Source: Candidatus Methanomethylicia archaeon
Lineage (GTDB): Archaea; Thermoproteota; Methanomethylicia; CALHIW01
Direction: 5' to 3'
NCBI GenBank assembly: GCA_038845975.1
Contig: JAWBQF010000007.1
Span: 30,351-94,350 of the forward strand
DNA length: 64,000 nt
The notes beneath the pieces were generated by a model. It did no database searches and was not told the origin of the DNA. It saw only the letters and a list, made by a program, of their open reading frames with translations. The position numbers and the translations under genes were made by a program. The first letter of the stretch is position 1; each line of letters opens with the position of its first letter. Below are positions 53,700 through 64,000 of the stretch, piece after piece.

Positions 53700-54644
53700 A
53701 TGATTATAGATTTCCACATTCATTCAGCATATAGGGAAAATATAGTAAGGGAAATGAATAGGGCTGGTGTTGATATAGGTGTAGTAGTAACCATTGATGC
53801 TGATCCTAACGATATTTATAGTAAAGAGGCTAAAGCTAAAGTTAGAAGTAGATTTAGCAATTCACAAAACATATTCTATAGTTTAGGCGGCAGATTTATA
53901 CGTGGCTTAGGTAGGCAAACACCTATAGAAGATTGGATAAGAAACTTCATGTATGAGGCAGCATTAATATATCCAGGTATTGCTATAAGCAATGAGGAGC
54001 TAGGTAGATTTGTAAGTTTAAATCCCGAACGGCTTATAGGGTTTGGATCGGTAAACCCTAATAAATCTATAAGCTATGTTGAGGAGAAACTTAAAGAAAT
54101 CAAAAATCATGGTTTAAGGGGAGTTAAGCTTATACCTACAATACAGTTTTTTAATCCATCTGAAAACAGAAATATTAGTAAAATATTTGAGTTTTGTGAG
54201 AGAAATAGGCTAATAATACTCTATCATACTGGATGTGATCCTGGACCGTTTGAAATACCTGAGCTTTCAGAAGATGCAAATCCTAAATATCTACATAAAG
54301 TTCTAGATATATATAGTAATGTTAAACTTGTACTTGCACATATTGGAAGCTACTCAGCAATTAGGCCTGGAATATGGTTTAATGAGGCTTTAAACCTCAT
54401 GAGGAAGTATGATAACGTATATGCAGACACGTCAGCTGTTACAGATATACTTTATAATGAAAAAATGATTAAGAAAATTAGAGAAACAGTAGGGTTTGAA
54501 AGAATAATATTTGGATCAGATTATCCAATAGTAGATGGGAGAAACATATTAACTGAAGTAGAGAATATTAAGAGAAGCGTTTTGAAAGAATATGAAAAGG
54601 AACAAGTACTAGGATTAAATGCACAGAGCCTACTAAAACAATAA
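53700..54644 (+). CDS. amidohydrolase_2 family TIM-barrel protein
   Basis: IIDFHIH, GVKL.P, HTG, LAH.G, YADTS, FGSDYP. Confidence 0.92.
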   Translation: MIIDFHIHSAYRENIVREMNRAGVDIGVVVTIDADPNDIYSKEAKAKVRSRFSNSQNIFYSLGGRFIRGLGRQTPIEDWIRNFMYEAALIYPGIAISNEELGRFVSLNPERLIGFGSVNPNKSISYVEEKLKEIKNHGLRGVKLIPTIQFFNPSENRNISKIFEFCERNRLIILYHTGCDPGPFEIPELSEDANPKYLHKVLDIYSNVKLVLAHIGSYSAIRPGIWFNEALNLMRKYDNVYADTSAVTDILYNEKMIKKIRETVGFERIIFGSDYPIVDGRNILTEVENIKRSVLKEYEKEQVLGLNAQSLLKQ

Positions 54645-54666
54645 CTGTACTAAATCGTAAAATATT

Positions 54667-54696
54667 GGTAATAAACATGCTTAAGTTCACAAAGCC
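54667..54696 (+). mobile_element. solo right end of type A IS6
   Basis: GGTAATAAACATGCTTAAGTTCACAAAGCC. Confidence 0.7.
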
Positions 54697-54779
54697 TTAT
54701 AGCTGAATTCTAAGCAATCTAACAATATCGTTATGAGCTTTCATTCAAATAATAATATAATTACTATTTAGTTGTAAAG

Positions 54780-54932
54780 CTAGGCAGATCTGTCTTTCTC
54801 CCTCTCTTCCCTATCCTTCTTACTATAATATATTCCTCCAGGTGAATGCCAAGCATTATAGTGGCTTTCTAAATCTTCGGCGGATAGAAATAAGCATTTA
54901 CATTTAGGGCATTTAATTAATTTTGACTCCAC
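54780..54932 (-). CDS. 50-aa classical C2H2 zinc-finger microprotein
   Basis: GTG start; MESKLIKCPKCKCLFLSAEDLESHYNAWHSPGGIYYSKKDREEREKDRSA fits C-x2-C-x3-F-x5-L-x2-H-x4-H; TTTATAAG 30 nt upstream. Confidence 0.75.
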   Translation of the reverse strand: MESKLIKCPKCKCLFLSAEDLESHYNAWHSPGGIYYSKKDREEREKDRSA

Positions 54933-55041
54933 TTCTAACCCTATAATAATCTATAGTCTGCTCTTATAAACTTTAATAAATATAAAGTATAAAAACCAAT
55001 AATACTACCATGTTAATAAGCATACTAAAAATTCTATTAAT

Positions 55042-56112
55042 GTGCAGAGGAAAAATAGAAGTTTAGGCTTCAATATTAGAGACTTTATACTTCTAATTCT
55101 ACTATTAATAATGCTATTTATTGTTAAGAAGCCGCTTATACAGCTATCAAGTATTCCACTAGTAGCCTTAAACCTACTCATAGTAGTTTCAGCAGTTACT
55201 ATTTTGACTTTAACTATTAAAATTAGAAATATGGTTTTCATAGGGTTTAGTGGATTTAGCCCTGTCTTTATTAGACTCACTACACCAATAGTAATTACTG
55301 GTGTAACTGGAACTGGGAAGACATGCTTTACAAAGTATTTATTAAGGAAACTAAGAAAAAAGTTTAAAGTCATGGTTTTTGATTGGAATGATGAATACTC
55401 TAATGTAGCGGTATCCACAACAATTAGTATCAGTAACTATAAGTTTAGAATATTAAGTAGAAGAGATGCTATTGAAGCTAGAGATTTAATTGCTGCTTCA
55501 CTTAACCTAACAGATCCTCAAACAAATCTACTTGGAAAGATATTATCTAGCTTAATTGGTAGTGAAGTATACATTAAGGATCTAGTGAAACATATAGGTA
55601 ACTATCCGATAGATGATACCGTTACGCTAACCGTTCGAGAAGCATTATTGAGGAAAATATCTCCATTTACTGGAGGTGAAGATATGTTAGATTTTCAAAA
55701 CGTTGATGATGGAGCTATAGTTATTGATGGAGGTGAGGTTGAAAGAAAAGTAGGCTATGCACTAATATTAAAGGATTTATGGCAAAGGAAAATTAGGGAA
55801 GGTAGGAAGAAGGATTTTGATATGATTCTAGTTATTGAGGAGGCACATAACCTAATACCATATAGAGACAGTTCAGAACTTAGCGTATTTGAAAGATGGA
55901 TTCTTGAAATACGAAAATATGGTGTAGTAACAATACTTGTCTCACCATCAATGAGTCTACTAAGTAATGTCGTATCTGCAAATACAGCTATGTACATAAA
56001 CTTCATAGAGCCAAGAAGAGCAAAAATCAAACTATATAGTAAAGAATTCAATATTAATGTACCGTCTTTAAAGGATGAAATAGATGTGAACTATATTAAC
56101 AAAATAACTTAG
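55042..56112 (+). CDS. membrane-anchored HerA/VirB4-like ATPase
   Basis: N-terminal hydrophobic helices, GVTGTGKT, VFDW..EY, Walker B LVIEEAH, EIRKYG. Confidence 0.75.
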   Translation: MQRKNRSLGFNIRDFILLILLLIMLFIVKKPLIQLSSIPLVALNLLIVVSAVTILTLTIKIRNMVFIGFSGFSPVFIRLTTPIVITGVTGTGKTCFTKYLLRKLRKKFKVMVFDWNDEYSNVAVSTTISISNYKFRILSRRDAIEARDLIAASLNLTDPQTNLLGKILSSLIGSEVYIKDLVKHIGNYPIDDTVTLTVREALLRKISPFTGGEDMLDFQNVDDGAIVIDGGEVERKVGYALILKDLWQRKIREGRKKDFDMILVIEEAHNLIPYRDSSELSVFERWILEIRKYGVVTILVSPSMSLLSNVVSANTAMYINFIEPRRAKIKLYSKEFNINVPSLKDEIDVNYINKIT

Positions 56113-56564
56113 ATAGCTGTTTACGTTTACTCCATGTTCAATTGTTTATATATGTTCACTAGCTTTATTTTAGCTTAAAATTATATTCTTCTTTCTGTTG
56201 TTTAAATAATGTTGTGGTAGACTGCTAGACTGGAAAGTTGTTTATGTTGTAATATCTAATCTTAGCGTTCCCATAGCTAGACTTTGGACAAGCGCTAAAT
56301 ACTATTAAAATTATTAACATAGTGAAATATGGTAGTGAAAATTCTCTGGTTTAGTTCCTTCACATTAAGCTTAAACCACATTAATCAGTTCTAGATAAAG
56401 TATATAGCTAGTTTTATTACTTAGAATGGTTTGAATCCTATTAGCATAATCTCTCATTTATAACTTCCTTTAATTATAGTTCTTTTCTATAAATCCTGTA
56501 GATTTAGATGCTGATAGATATCCTGGCATTACATTTTCAATGGATTCCGTAAGAAAATTTATAA

Positions 56565-57587
<1,023 letters not shown>

Positions 57588-57714
57588 GCTTTAAAACATT
57601 AATAATTTTTATATTTAACCCACGAATCAATAGCTAATAAAAACAGCTCTTAACCACCACATTACTAACAGTTCTTCCATTAATAATGCGATGATCAAGA
57701 GCATATGTTCCATA

Positions 57715-58418
57715 TTAACCATAGGATGTAAGCTCCGTAGTCATTGTTAGCACATTATCCTCATACATTTCAGTTTTAACCACTCCCCATATTGGTACGC
57801 TACTATGTGCCCATGTTTTCACGACAACACCCCCTTCTCCAGATACTTCTACTCTAAGACAGTTTATGAAAGTACCTGCTGGAACAGTTATGGTTTCATA
57901 TCCAGTAGTATACCTCACATCAATAGGCTCCGGCTCTTCAACTCCAGAGGGCATTTCACCCGGATCAAATTCCTGTTGCATTACTAGATTATTACCTACA
58001 TATACTTGCATACGTCCATGAACAAAATTATATTCAGTTTTAGTAATCCACCAAGTTGTTATCATCTTCGTCTCCTCCTCTCTCTGAGTTATAGTCATAG
58101 ATAGTAGCCAACATAAATTACCTTTATAATTTTCCTCACTATCAACACTTAGCTTATACGTTCCCATCACCGTCAACTCATCATCCTCAATCCCCTTCAT
58201 AATATACTCAGCATAAGCTCCAACTTTAAAGTTAACTATAGGCTGTATAGGTAATGGAGTAGGGCTTGTAGGCGAACTTATAGGTGTTGTAGAGGGTGAT
58301 GTAGCTGGAGTTGTGAAGGTCTAGGTGTGAGAAGTAGAGTGGTTGCTGCAACAGCTATAACTATTACAATGACCGCAATTATAGCTATAATCTTGGAAAT
58401 GGCTTTGCTACTCATCAT
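57715..58418 (-). pseudogene. secreted/membrane-anchored protein with Ser/Thr/Pro linker, frameshifted
   Basis: Signal anchor MMSSKAISKIIAIIAVIVIV at 58418 is out of frame with the downstream domain (ETITVPAGTF..C); break at ~58320. Confidence 0.75.
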
Positions 58419-58444
58419 TCTCCCCTCTCTTTATAGTGGAGAGA

Positions 58445-58452
58445 TATATAAA
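58445..58452 (-). promoter_or_regulatory. TATA box of the secreted-protein gene
   Basis: CAAAAGA-TTTATATA; 18 bp from the IS left end. Confidence 0.65.
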
Positions 58453-58470
58453 TCTTTTGCCTTGCCAACT

Positions 58471-59145
58471 GGCTTTGTTAACTTTAGATTTATTTGGGGG
58501 TTCTCTCCCTTATTTATGGTGTTAATATGGTTAAAGTTATCAAGTTTGTTAGGGAGAGAACTCCATTTACTCTAGTTGTTTATGGTGCTTATATATATTT
58601 TCGTTCATGTTCATCTAGAATGGCTTCAGATATTCTAAGCTTATTGTTGTTGGGAGTTATTCTATATTATTGTGGTTTAGATCTTTAAGCTTCCTATTTG
58701 ATTTTGATAGGAGGGATGTTAGGATTATGGTTGATGATACTATTGTAAGTAGGTTTTAAGAGTAAGGTTGTTTATGTTGCATTCGAGCCATTATTGAGGA
58801 GAATTCTCTACATATGGGTTTGCGATGTTGCAACATGCTTACATCACTAACATTCCTTAAGAAAATTAGAGCTATTTACGGTTCAAATATAATTGTATTA
58901 AGTGATGAGACTCAATACTATAAGCATCATGTAAATATGAATTTAGAACATGAATTATACTGTTTAGAGATTAGGAATCTAATGTAGAGAATCATACAGT
59001 TAAGGATAAGCTATTCGATAACTATATACCGTGTATGAAGAATAAATGTGATAGTGGACATGGATTAATAGAGGATAAAGCTAAGAACTCATAGAAACAC
59101 AAAATCAGAATAGAGGTAATAAAACATGCTTAAGTTAACAAAGCC
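58471..59145 (+). mobile_element. degenerate IS6-family element, type A
   Basis: Perfect 14-bp TIRs; fragments RERTPF..VVYGAYIYF, IMVDDT, VLSD, RNL.E, KD; no TSD. Confidence 0.9.
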
Positions 59146-59164
59146 ATTACTATAATAGTTTAAG

Positions 59165-60529
59165 TTATTCACTAGTTTTAACTAGGAGACTAGTTAACTC
59201 GGAGATCTTATTAACTTTTTCAAGTACGTTTATAATGTTTATGATTTCTTGTGCTTGTTTCATTGTAAAAGTAATTGTAGCTAAGTTTAGAAATTTATTT
59301 TGAAGCTCCTCATTAGTTAAGGGATTTTTATAGGAACCCTTAGGATAATATTCCGTTTCCGAGTAACTTCTTCCATCTTTAAGAGTAACTTTTACTTCAG
59401 CTGGAAACATTTCAGGATAAAGTTTATCCAACTCAGAGTCTCCTTCTACCCTAATTCTCTTCATAAACTCCCTAATTTTAGGATCAAATATTTTCTCCCA
59501 AGTAAAGTTTTGAATTGTTACATGTCCCTCTACAGCTGCAAGAGCTAGGCAGAAAGGTATGCTTAACCTTGCAGCCATAAGTGTTTGAGGATTATAGTTG
59601 CAGAAGGATGAAGCAGCAAGATTATATGTTTTCAAGCTTATTTCATCGATTTCATCTACTTTTATACTTCTTGACCTTATGATTTTTATTAATGCTTGTA
59701 TTGGTGTATGACTAGCTAGAATTGATGGGAAAGCTTTGATACCGTTAAAAGATAGTTCAAATGGTTTACCTAAATTCTCCGATATTTTCTCTATTTTAGG
59801 ATTGTTTGAATATATTCTACAATATCCTTTCTTATATTCAAAAATATCTCTTGGACCTATTCCTCCTTTCTTAACAAGCCATGCAGCAAGTAATCCTTTC
59901 ATAGCTGCCATTCCTGAATGTAGGCTTTTAGTTATATCTCCAAATTCTATACACGCATAGGTTCCTGATGCTATATCAGCAGCTATTCCAAAAGCCATAT
60001 TCATTTGCTCAACATCTAGTTTAAGAAGCTTTCCACCAAGAGCTGCAGCCCCTATAGTTCCATTTAGAGCTGTTGAATGCCAAAACCTTGCGAGATTAGG
60101 CATAACGCTTTGACCAACTTTCGCTGCAGCTTCAAATCCTAAAGTAAAGGCTGTTACTATTTCTTTACCATTTGAGTTTAACTTTTCACCTAGGGCTAAA
60201 GCTGCTGGAACAAGAACGGAGCTTGTATGGGTTAGGGCTGCTGGATGGGTATCATCGAAATCTATTGAATGTATAAAGCTTCCATTAGCTAATGCTGCGT
60301 AAAGAAAGTTTGTTTTAAAACCATCAACTATAACTGTTGATTCACTACCTCTAATCTCTTTTATAAGTTCCAGAATTGGTTTCAACATTTCCTTCTCTAA
60401 GGTAAAGCCAGCTATGCCAACGCCTAGAGCATCAAGAAAGCAAATCTTCACTTTATTAACAATATCTATGGGTATATCTTCAAACTCAGTTTCAACAATA
60501 AATTTTGAGAGTATCTCAGTTACTCTCAT
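59165..60529 (-). CDS. MmgE/PrpD family protein
   Basis: AALANG...H..DFDDTH, H.S, WH.T, K.LH.G, K.FP, S.PF, PKG...NPL; start reassigned to 60529. Confidence 0.92.
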   Translation of the reverse strand: MRVTEILSKFIVETEFEDIPIDIVNKVKICFLDALGVGIAGFTLEKEMLKPILELIKEIRGSESTVIVDGFKTNFLYAALANGSFIHSIDFDDTHPAALTHTSSVLVPAALALGEKLNSNGKEIVTAFTLGFEAAAKVGQSVMPNLARFWHSTALNGTIGAAALGGKLLKLDVEQMNMAFGIAADIASGTYACIEFGDITKSLHSGMAAMKGLLAAWLVKKGGIGPRDIFEYKKGYCRIYSNNPKIEKISENLGKPFELSFNGIKAFPSILASHTPIQALIKIIRSRSIKVDEIDEISLKTYNLAASSFCNYNPQTLMAARLSIPFCLALAAVEGHVTIQNFTWEKIFDPKIREFMKRIRVEGDSELDKLYPEMFPAEVKVTLKDGRSYSETEYYPKGSYKNPLTNEELQNKFLNLATITFTMKQAQEIINIINVLEKVNKISELTSLLVKTSE

Positions 60530-60539
60530 TTCCGCCACT

Positions 60540-62492
60540 CTAGATTTTAAATGCGATTTCAAAACCATCATTAATTGCTGATAATATATTTCCAGGTTCT
60601 CTACAGTCTCCAATAGCATAAACCTCCCTAAATCTTCCTTTTAGCTTATCGATAAGATCACTATTTACTCTAAATCCTGTAGCTAATACTATGGTGTCAG
60701 CCTTTATAAATTGGCTTTTCCGTCTTCTACTTACTATCACTCCATCCTTAGTTATCTGTATAGGTATTGTTTTAGTAAGAATAGTTACTCCATGATCTTC
60801 TAGGCTTTGTATAAGAGGAAGCTTTGAGATGTTGGGCATATCGCCTCCCACATCTTCTAGCATTTCAATTACTGTTACGTTCTTCCCTGTTTCGGCTAGG
60901 TATTCAGCTACTTCTAAGCCAACTTGGCCACCACCAATAATTACAACTTTCCATCCAGTTTTAACATCTCCCTTAAGAACGTTCTCAGCTAGCACAACGT
61001 TTTCGCTATTGATTCCAGGAATATCTGGAATGTATGGTTTCCCTCCAACAGCTACAATTATAACTTCAGGATTAATCTTCTCAATGATTTCTGGTCTTGC
61101 TTCTAAACCTAGTTCTACGTTTATATTTAGTTTTCTAATTTGATCCTTCATGTAGTCTATTAGTCTTTGAATATCCGACTTTCCTGGCGGTATGGTTGCT
61201 AATAGCATTCGTCCACCAAGTTCTTTTTCTTTCTCAATAATGTAGACTTCATGTCCTCTCTTCGCCAGTACTATAGCAGCCTCCATTCCAGCTGGGCCGC
61301 CACCAATAATTAATACCTTTCTACGTTTACTAGCTAAGCTAAATACGTATTCACCTTCTCTTCCAGCTATGGGATTTACCTCACAGCAGATAGATGTTTC
61401 CTTCTCTAGAACATACTGAATACATTTACAACATGATGTACATGGTACAATATCGTTGATTCTACCCTCTGAAGCCTTCTTCGGGTAATCTGGATCAGCA
61501 ATTAGTGGTCTTCCTAACGCTATAAGATCAGCTTTACCATCTCTTAAAATTTTTTCAGCGAAATCTACATCTCTAATTTTATTAGCGATGATTATAGGTA
61601 TTGATACTGCTTTCTTAACGTTCTCAGCAAGATGTATAATACATCCCTGTGGAAAACGCATAGGTGCAACAGATGGTATAAACTCTCGAGCCTTAATCGC
61701 AGCACCAAAACCTACAGAAACACCAATAGCATCAACTCCAATCTCTTCAAGCCTCCTCGCTATTATCTGAATATCTTCAAGAGTATTTCCACCTTCAGGT
61801 TCCTCACCATTTATCCTACATACAATTGGTTTATTACCTATATTTTCTCTTATCCTTCTTATAACTTCAATAACGAATTTAAGTCTACCATTAAGGTCCC
61901 CACCATATTCATCCATTCTTTTATTCGCCCATGGAGATAGGAATTGGCCACATAGATACATATGTGCGCAATGTAGTCCAATACCATCGAATCCAGCCTC
62001 TATGGCTCTTCTTGCAGCTTCGCCAAACTTCTCTACCAACTCTTCTATTTCATCTAATGTTAGCTCTCTAGGAACAACATATCCTGGAACTGGATGAGCT
62101 ATGCTTGAGGGAGCTACTGGTATTAATCCACGTGTTACCTCCAATCTACCAGTAGTCTTAGATACTCTTCCAGCTCTTCTTCCACCATGAGATAATTGCA
62201 TGACGATTTTTACGTCATGAGCTTTTACAGCTTTAACCAATTTTTCTAGTCCAGGTATATACTTATCATTATCTACGGCTAAGGCCTCCTTTGAGTTGTT
62301 CCCAATAGGGAAATCCACTATTCCATCTCCAATTATTATTAAGCCTACACCTCCTCTTGCTCTCTCCTCAAAGAATTTAATCATTCGCTCCGTTACAAAT
62401 CCATCCTTACAAAGATTAAGTGTCATAGGAGCCATAACAAGTCTATTCTTAAGCTCCATTTTACCTATATAAATAGGCTCAAATAACTTCAT
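60540..62492 (-). CDS. NADH:flavin oxidoreductase, OYE/2,4-dienoyl-CoA reductase-like (FMN, FAD, 4Fe-4S)
   Basis: KNRLVMAPM, QL.HGGR, H.AH.YL..QFLSP..N.R.DEYGG, GR..IADP, C..C..C, GGGPAG; probable start 62492. Confidence 0.93.
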   Translation of the reverse strand: MKLFEPIYIGKMELKNRLVMAPMTLNLCKDGFVTERMIKFFEERARGGVGLIIIGDGIVDFPIGNNSKEALAVDNDKYIPGLEKLVKAVKAHDVKIVMQLSHGGRRAGRVSKTTGRLEVTRGLIPVAPSSIAHPVPGYVVPRELTLDEIEELVEKFGEAARRAIEAGFDGIGLHCAHMYLCGQFLSPWANKRMDEYGGDLNGRLKFVIEVIRRIRENIGNKPIVCRINGEEPEGGNTLEDIQIIARRLEEIGVDAIGVSVGFGAAIKAREFIPSVAPMRFPQGCIIHLAENVKKAVSIPIIIANKIRDVDFAEKILRDGKADLIALGRPLIADPDYPKKASEGRINDIVPCTSCCKCIQYVLEKETSICCEVNPIAGREGEYVFSLASKRRKVLIIGGGPAGMEAAIVLAKRGHEVYIIEKEKELGGRMLLATIPPGKSDIQRLIDYMKDQIRKLNINVELGLEARPEIIEKINPEVIIVAVGGKPYIPDIPGINSENVVLAENVLKGDVKTGWKVVIIGGGQVGLEVAEYLAETGKNVTVIEMLEDVGGDMPNISKLPLIQSLEDHGVTILTKTIPIQITKDGVIVSRRRKSQFIKADTIVLATGFRVNSDLIDKLKGRFREVYAIGDCREPGNILSAINDGFEIAFKI

Positions 62493-62548
62493 TAAGTCAC
62501 CATATACTTTTAAAGACAAGTCATTTAAGGCTTTCGGTATTTTAAAAT

Positions 62549-63164
62549 GATGTTGTTAAGTTTTCTGATTAGCAACATGTTATACCAAGCTATGTAGGTT
62601 TCCAGGAAGTTATTAGGCTTTTAATGATGGAATTGAAGGGAAATCATGTAGAAACGTTTGTCTAGATTTCCAAACCAGGCGTTCTATACGATTACTAGAC
62701 CGAGACTTGACGTCTCTACTTAAGGTCTAAGCTCATGTTTTCCGATACCATAAACCCTTTATCTATCTAGGAACTTATAGAACATGTCTCCAGCCTTTGT
62801 AGGAAGTTTACATCCAGCTCCTCGTCCAGGAACCTAGGCCAATACCCTAGTTCCCGTATCTACTGCTGCTCAATATAAAGTTACTATCCTCCAGCTTGAG
62901 TTTACCTTATCCATAGCTATAATCCTCCTACGTCTTTGTTCAGGCTTAGGAAGAGCTTTCTTTAACCTTGAACAAAAGCCACTTCGTGACCGAACCCGCC
63001 TCTAAAAGACCTTGGTGTAGGCCGGATTAATAGAGGAGAGCGGACATAACTTTAACCCTAAGGGACAGCTGGTTCTAACGAAATAAGCCTACCATATACA
63101 CAAAGCCGAAAAGGAATTAAACCACCTGAAAGAAAGAAGCATATCAACTAAACTTGACGGTACC
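62549..63164 (-). mobile_element. degenerate IS6-family element, type C (TIR GGTACCGTCAAGTT)
   Basis: Ends GGTACCGTCAAGTT and eroded GATGTTGTTAAGTT; 8-bp TSD TTTAAAAT; fragments IAMD..K, AAVD, DKG.WY, NRIER. Confidence 0.8.
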
Positions 63165-63317
63165 TTTAAAATTATTTTAATAGACTTTAAGGTGAAAAAC
63201 TAGCAATTTACTTTAAATTATTTAATACATATAACATATTGCGAGCTTATCGTTCCATATTCATTATAACCATATCAATAAGCTAAATATAAACATTTAA
63301 AGTCAACTCATTTAGTT

Positions 63318-63891
63318 GATACTGTTACTTTTAGATTTTTGAGGTGCTTTGAGAAGTTATTCTTTGGAGGTGATATTAATAGATAAGCTTCTCAAAGCCT
63401 TAAAGGATAAAGATTTCGCTTAAAAGAAGCTGAGAGCATCATTCTCTACATGGCTTAGCTATAGGGATATCGTTTACGTCTATTGTTGATGTGAACCACA
63501 TATTGTATGACGTTGGGTTCAAAATTGAGGGTGTAAGGCTTATGCGAATCTAAACATAGAAGGATGACAGCTATTGATGAGATGAAGCTAAAGAACAGGA
63601 GTCCTAAGTCCTTAAGACATGCGTTAACAAACCCTAATTCTAGTAGGGACCTTGGTATTTCCAGGCATAACCATGATAAGATGAAGACATCAGATCTTCG
63701 CTAAGGAATGCTATAGAACGATGGTTTCGAACACTTAAGGATAGAATAAAGGATTCTACAACAACTTCCAGACGAGGAAGCTTCATCAAGGTAAATCTAT
63801 TCCTCGATTTCTTCATATTGGTATAACTGGATAAGATCTCATCAAACTCTAGGAAGGCCGCCAGCAATAACGTAAACCTAAAAGTAACATC
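63318..63891 (+). mobile_element. degenerate IS6-family element, type B-related (TIR GATACTGTTACTTTTAG)
   Basis: TIRs with a 3-nt deletion in the right one; direct repeat CATTTAGTT on both sides; fragments AIDE.K, GPWY, RNAIERWFRTLKDR. Confidence 0.85.
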
Positions 63892-63900
63892 CATTTAGTT

Positions 63901-64000
63901 GGCTTTGTTAACTTTAGATTTATTTGGTGGTTCTCTCCCTTGTTTATGGTTAAATTTGTTAAGTTTGTAGGGAGAGGGTTTCATTTACTTTAGTTGTTAT
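63901..64000 (+). mobile_element. type A IS6 element, left end (continues past the window)
   Basis: 99/100 identical to 52981-53080. Confidence 0.9.

Overview
AT-rich archaeal chromosomal window. It carries radA, hjc, mevalonate kinase, GGPP synthase and BRE/TATA promoters. The mix of F420/H4MPT genes (cofC, cofE, mer, mptN-like, citG, DUF2119), AOR and two heme O synthases suggests, by inference, an uncultured thermophilic Thermoproteota lineage. Most genes are housekeeping or metabolic. The long intergenic gaps are filled with decayed IS6-family elements (at least three end types, plus a 107-bp MITE with an intact 8-bp TSD) and pseudogenes, including a pst locus that lost its divergent promoter. 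The strongest unexplained pattern is that five ends of the GGCTTTGTTAACTT-type element lie exactly 18 bp before the TATA box of the neighbouring gene. Two other IS6 ends lie 17-19 bp before one, which suggests promoter (TBP/TFB)-anchored target selection. Items missed by the ORF track: a 28-aa Glu/Trp repeat peptide gene, a 50-aa C2H2 zinc-finger gene and a C/D-box sRNA candidate. No tRNA, rRNA or CRISPR array was found. All family assignments come from manual motif recognition, not database searches.
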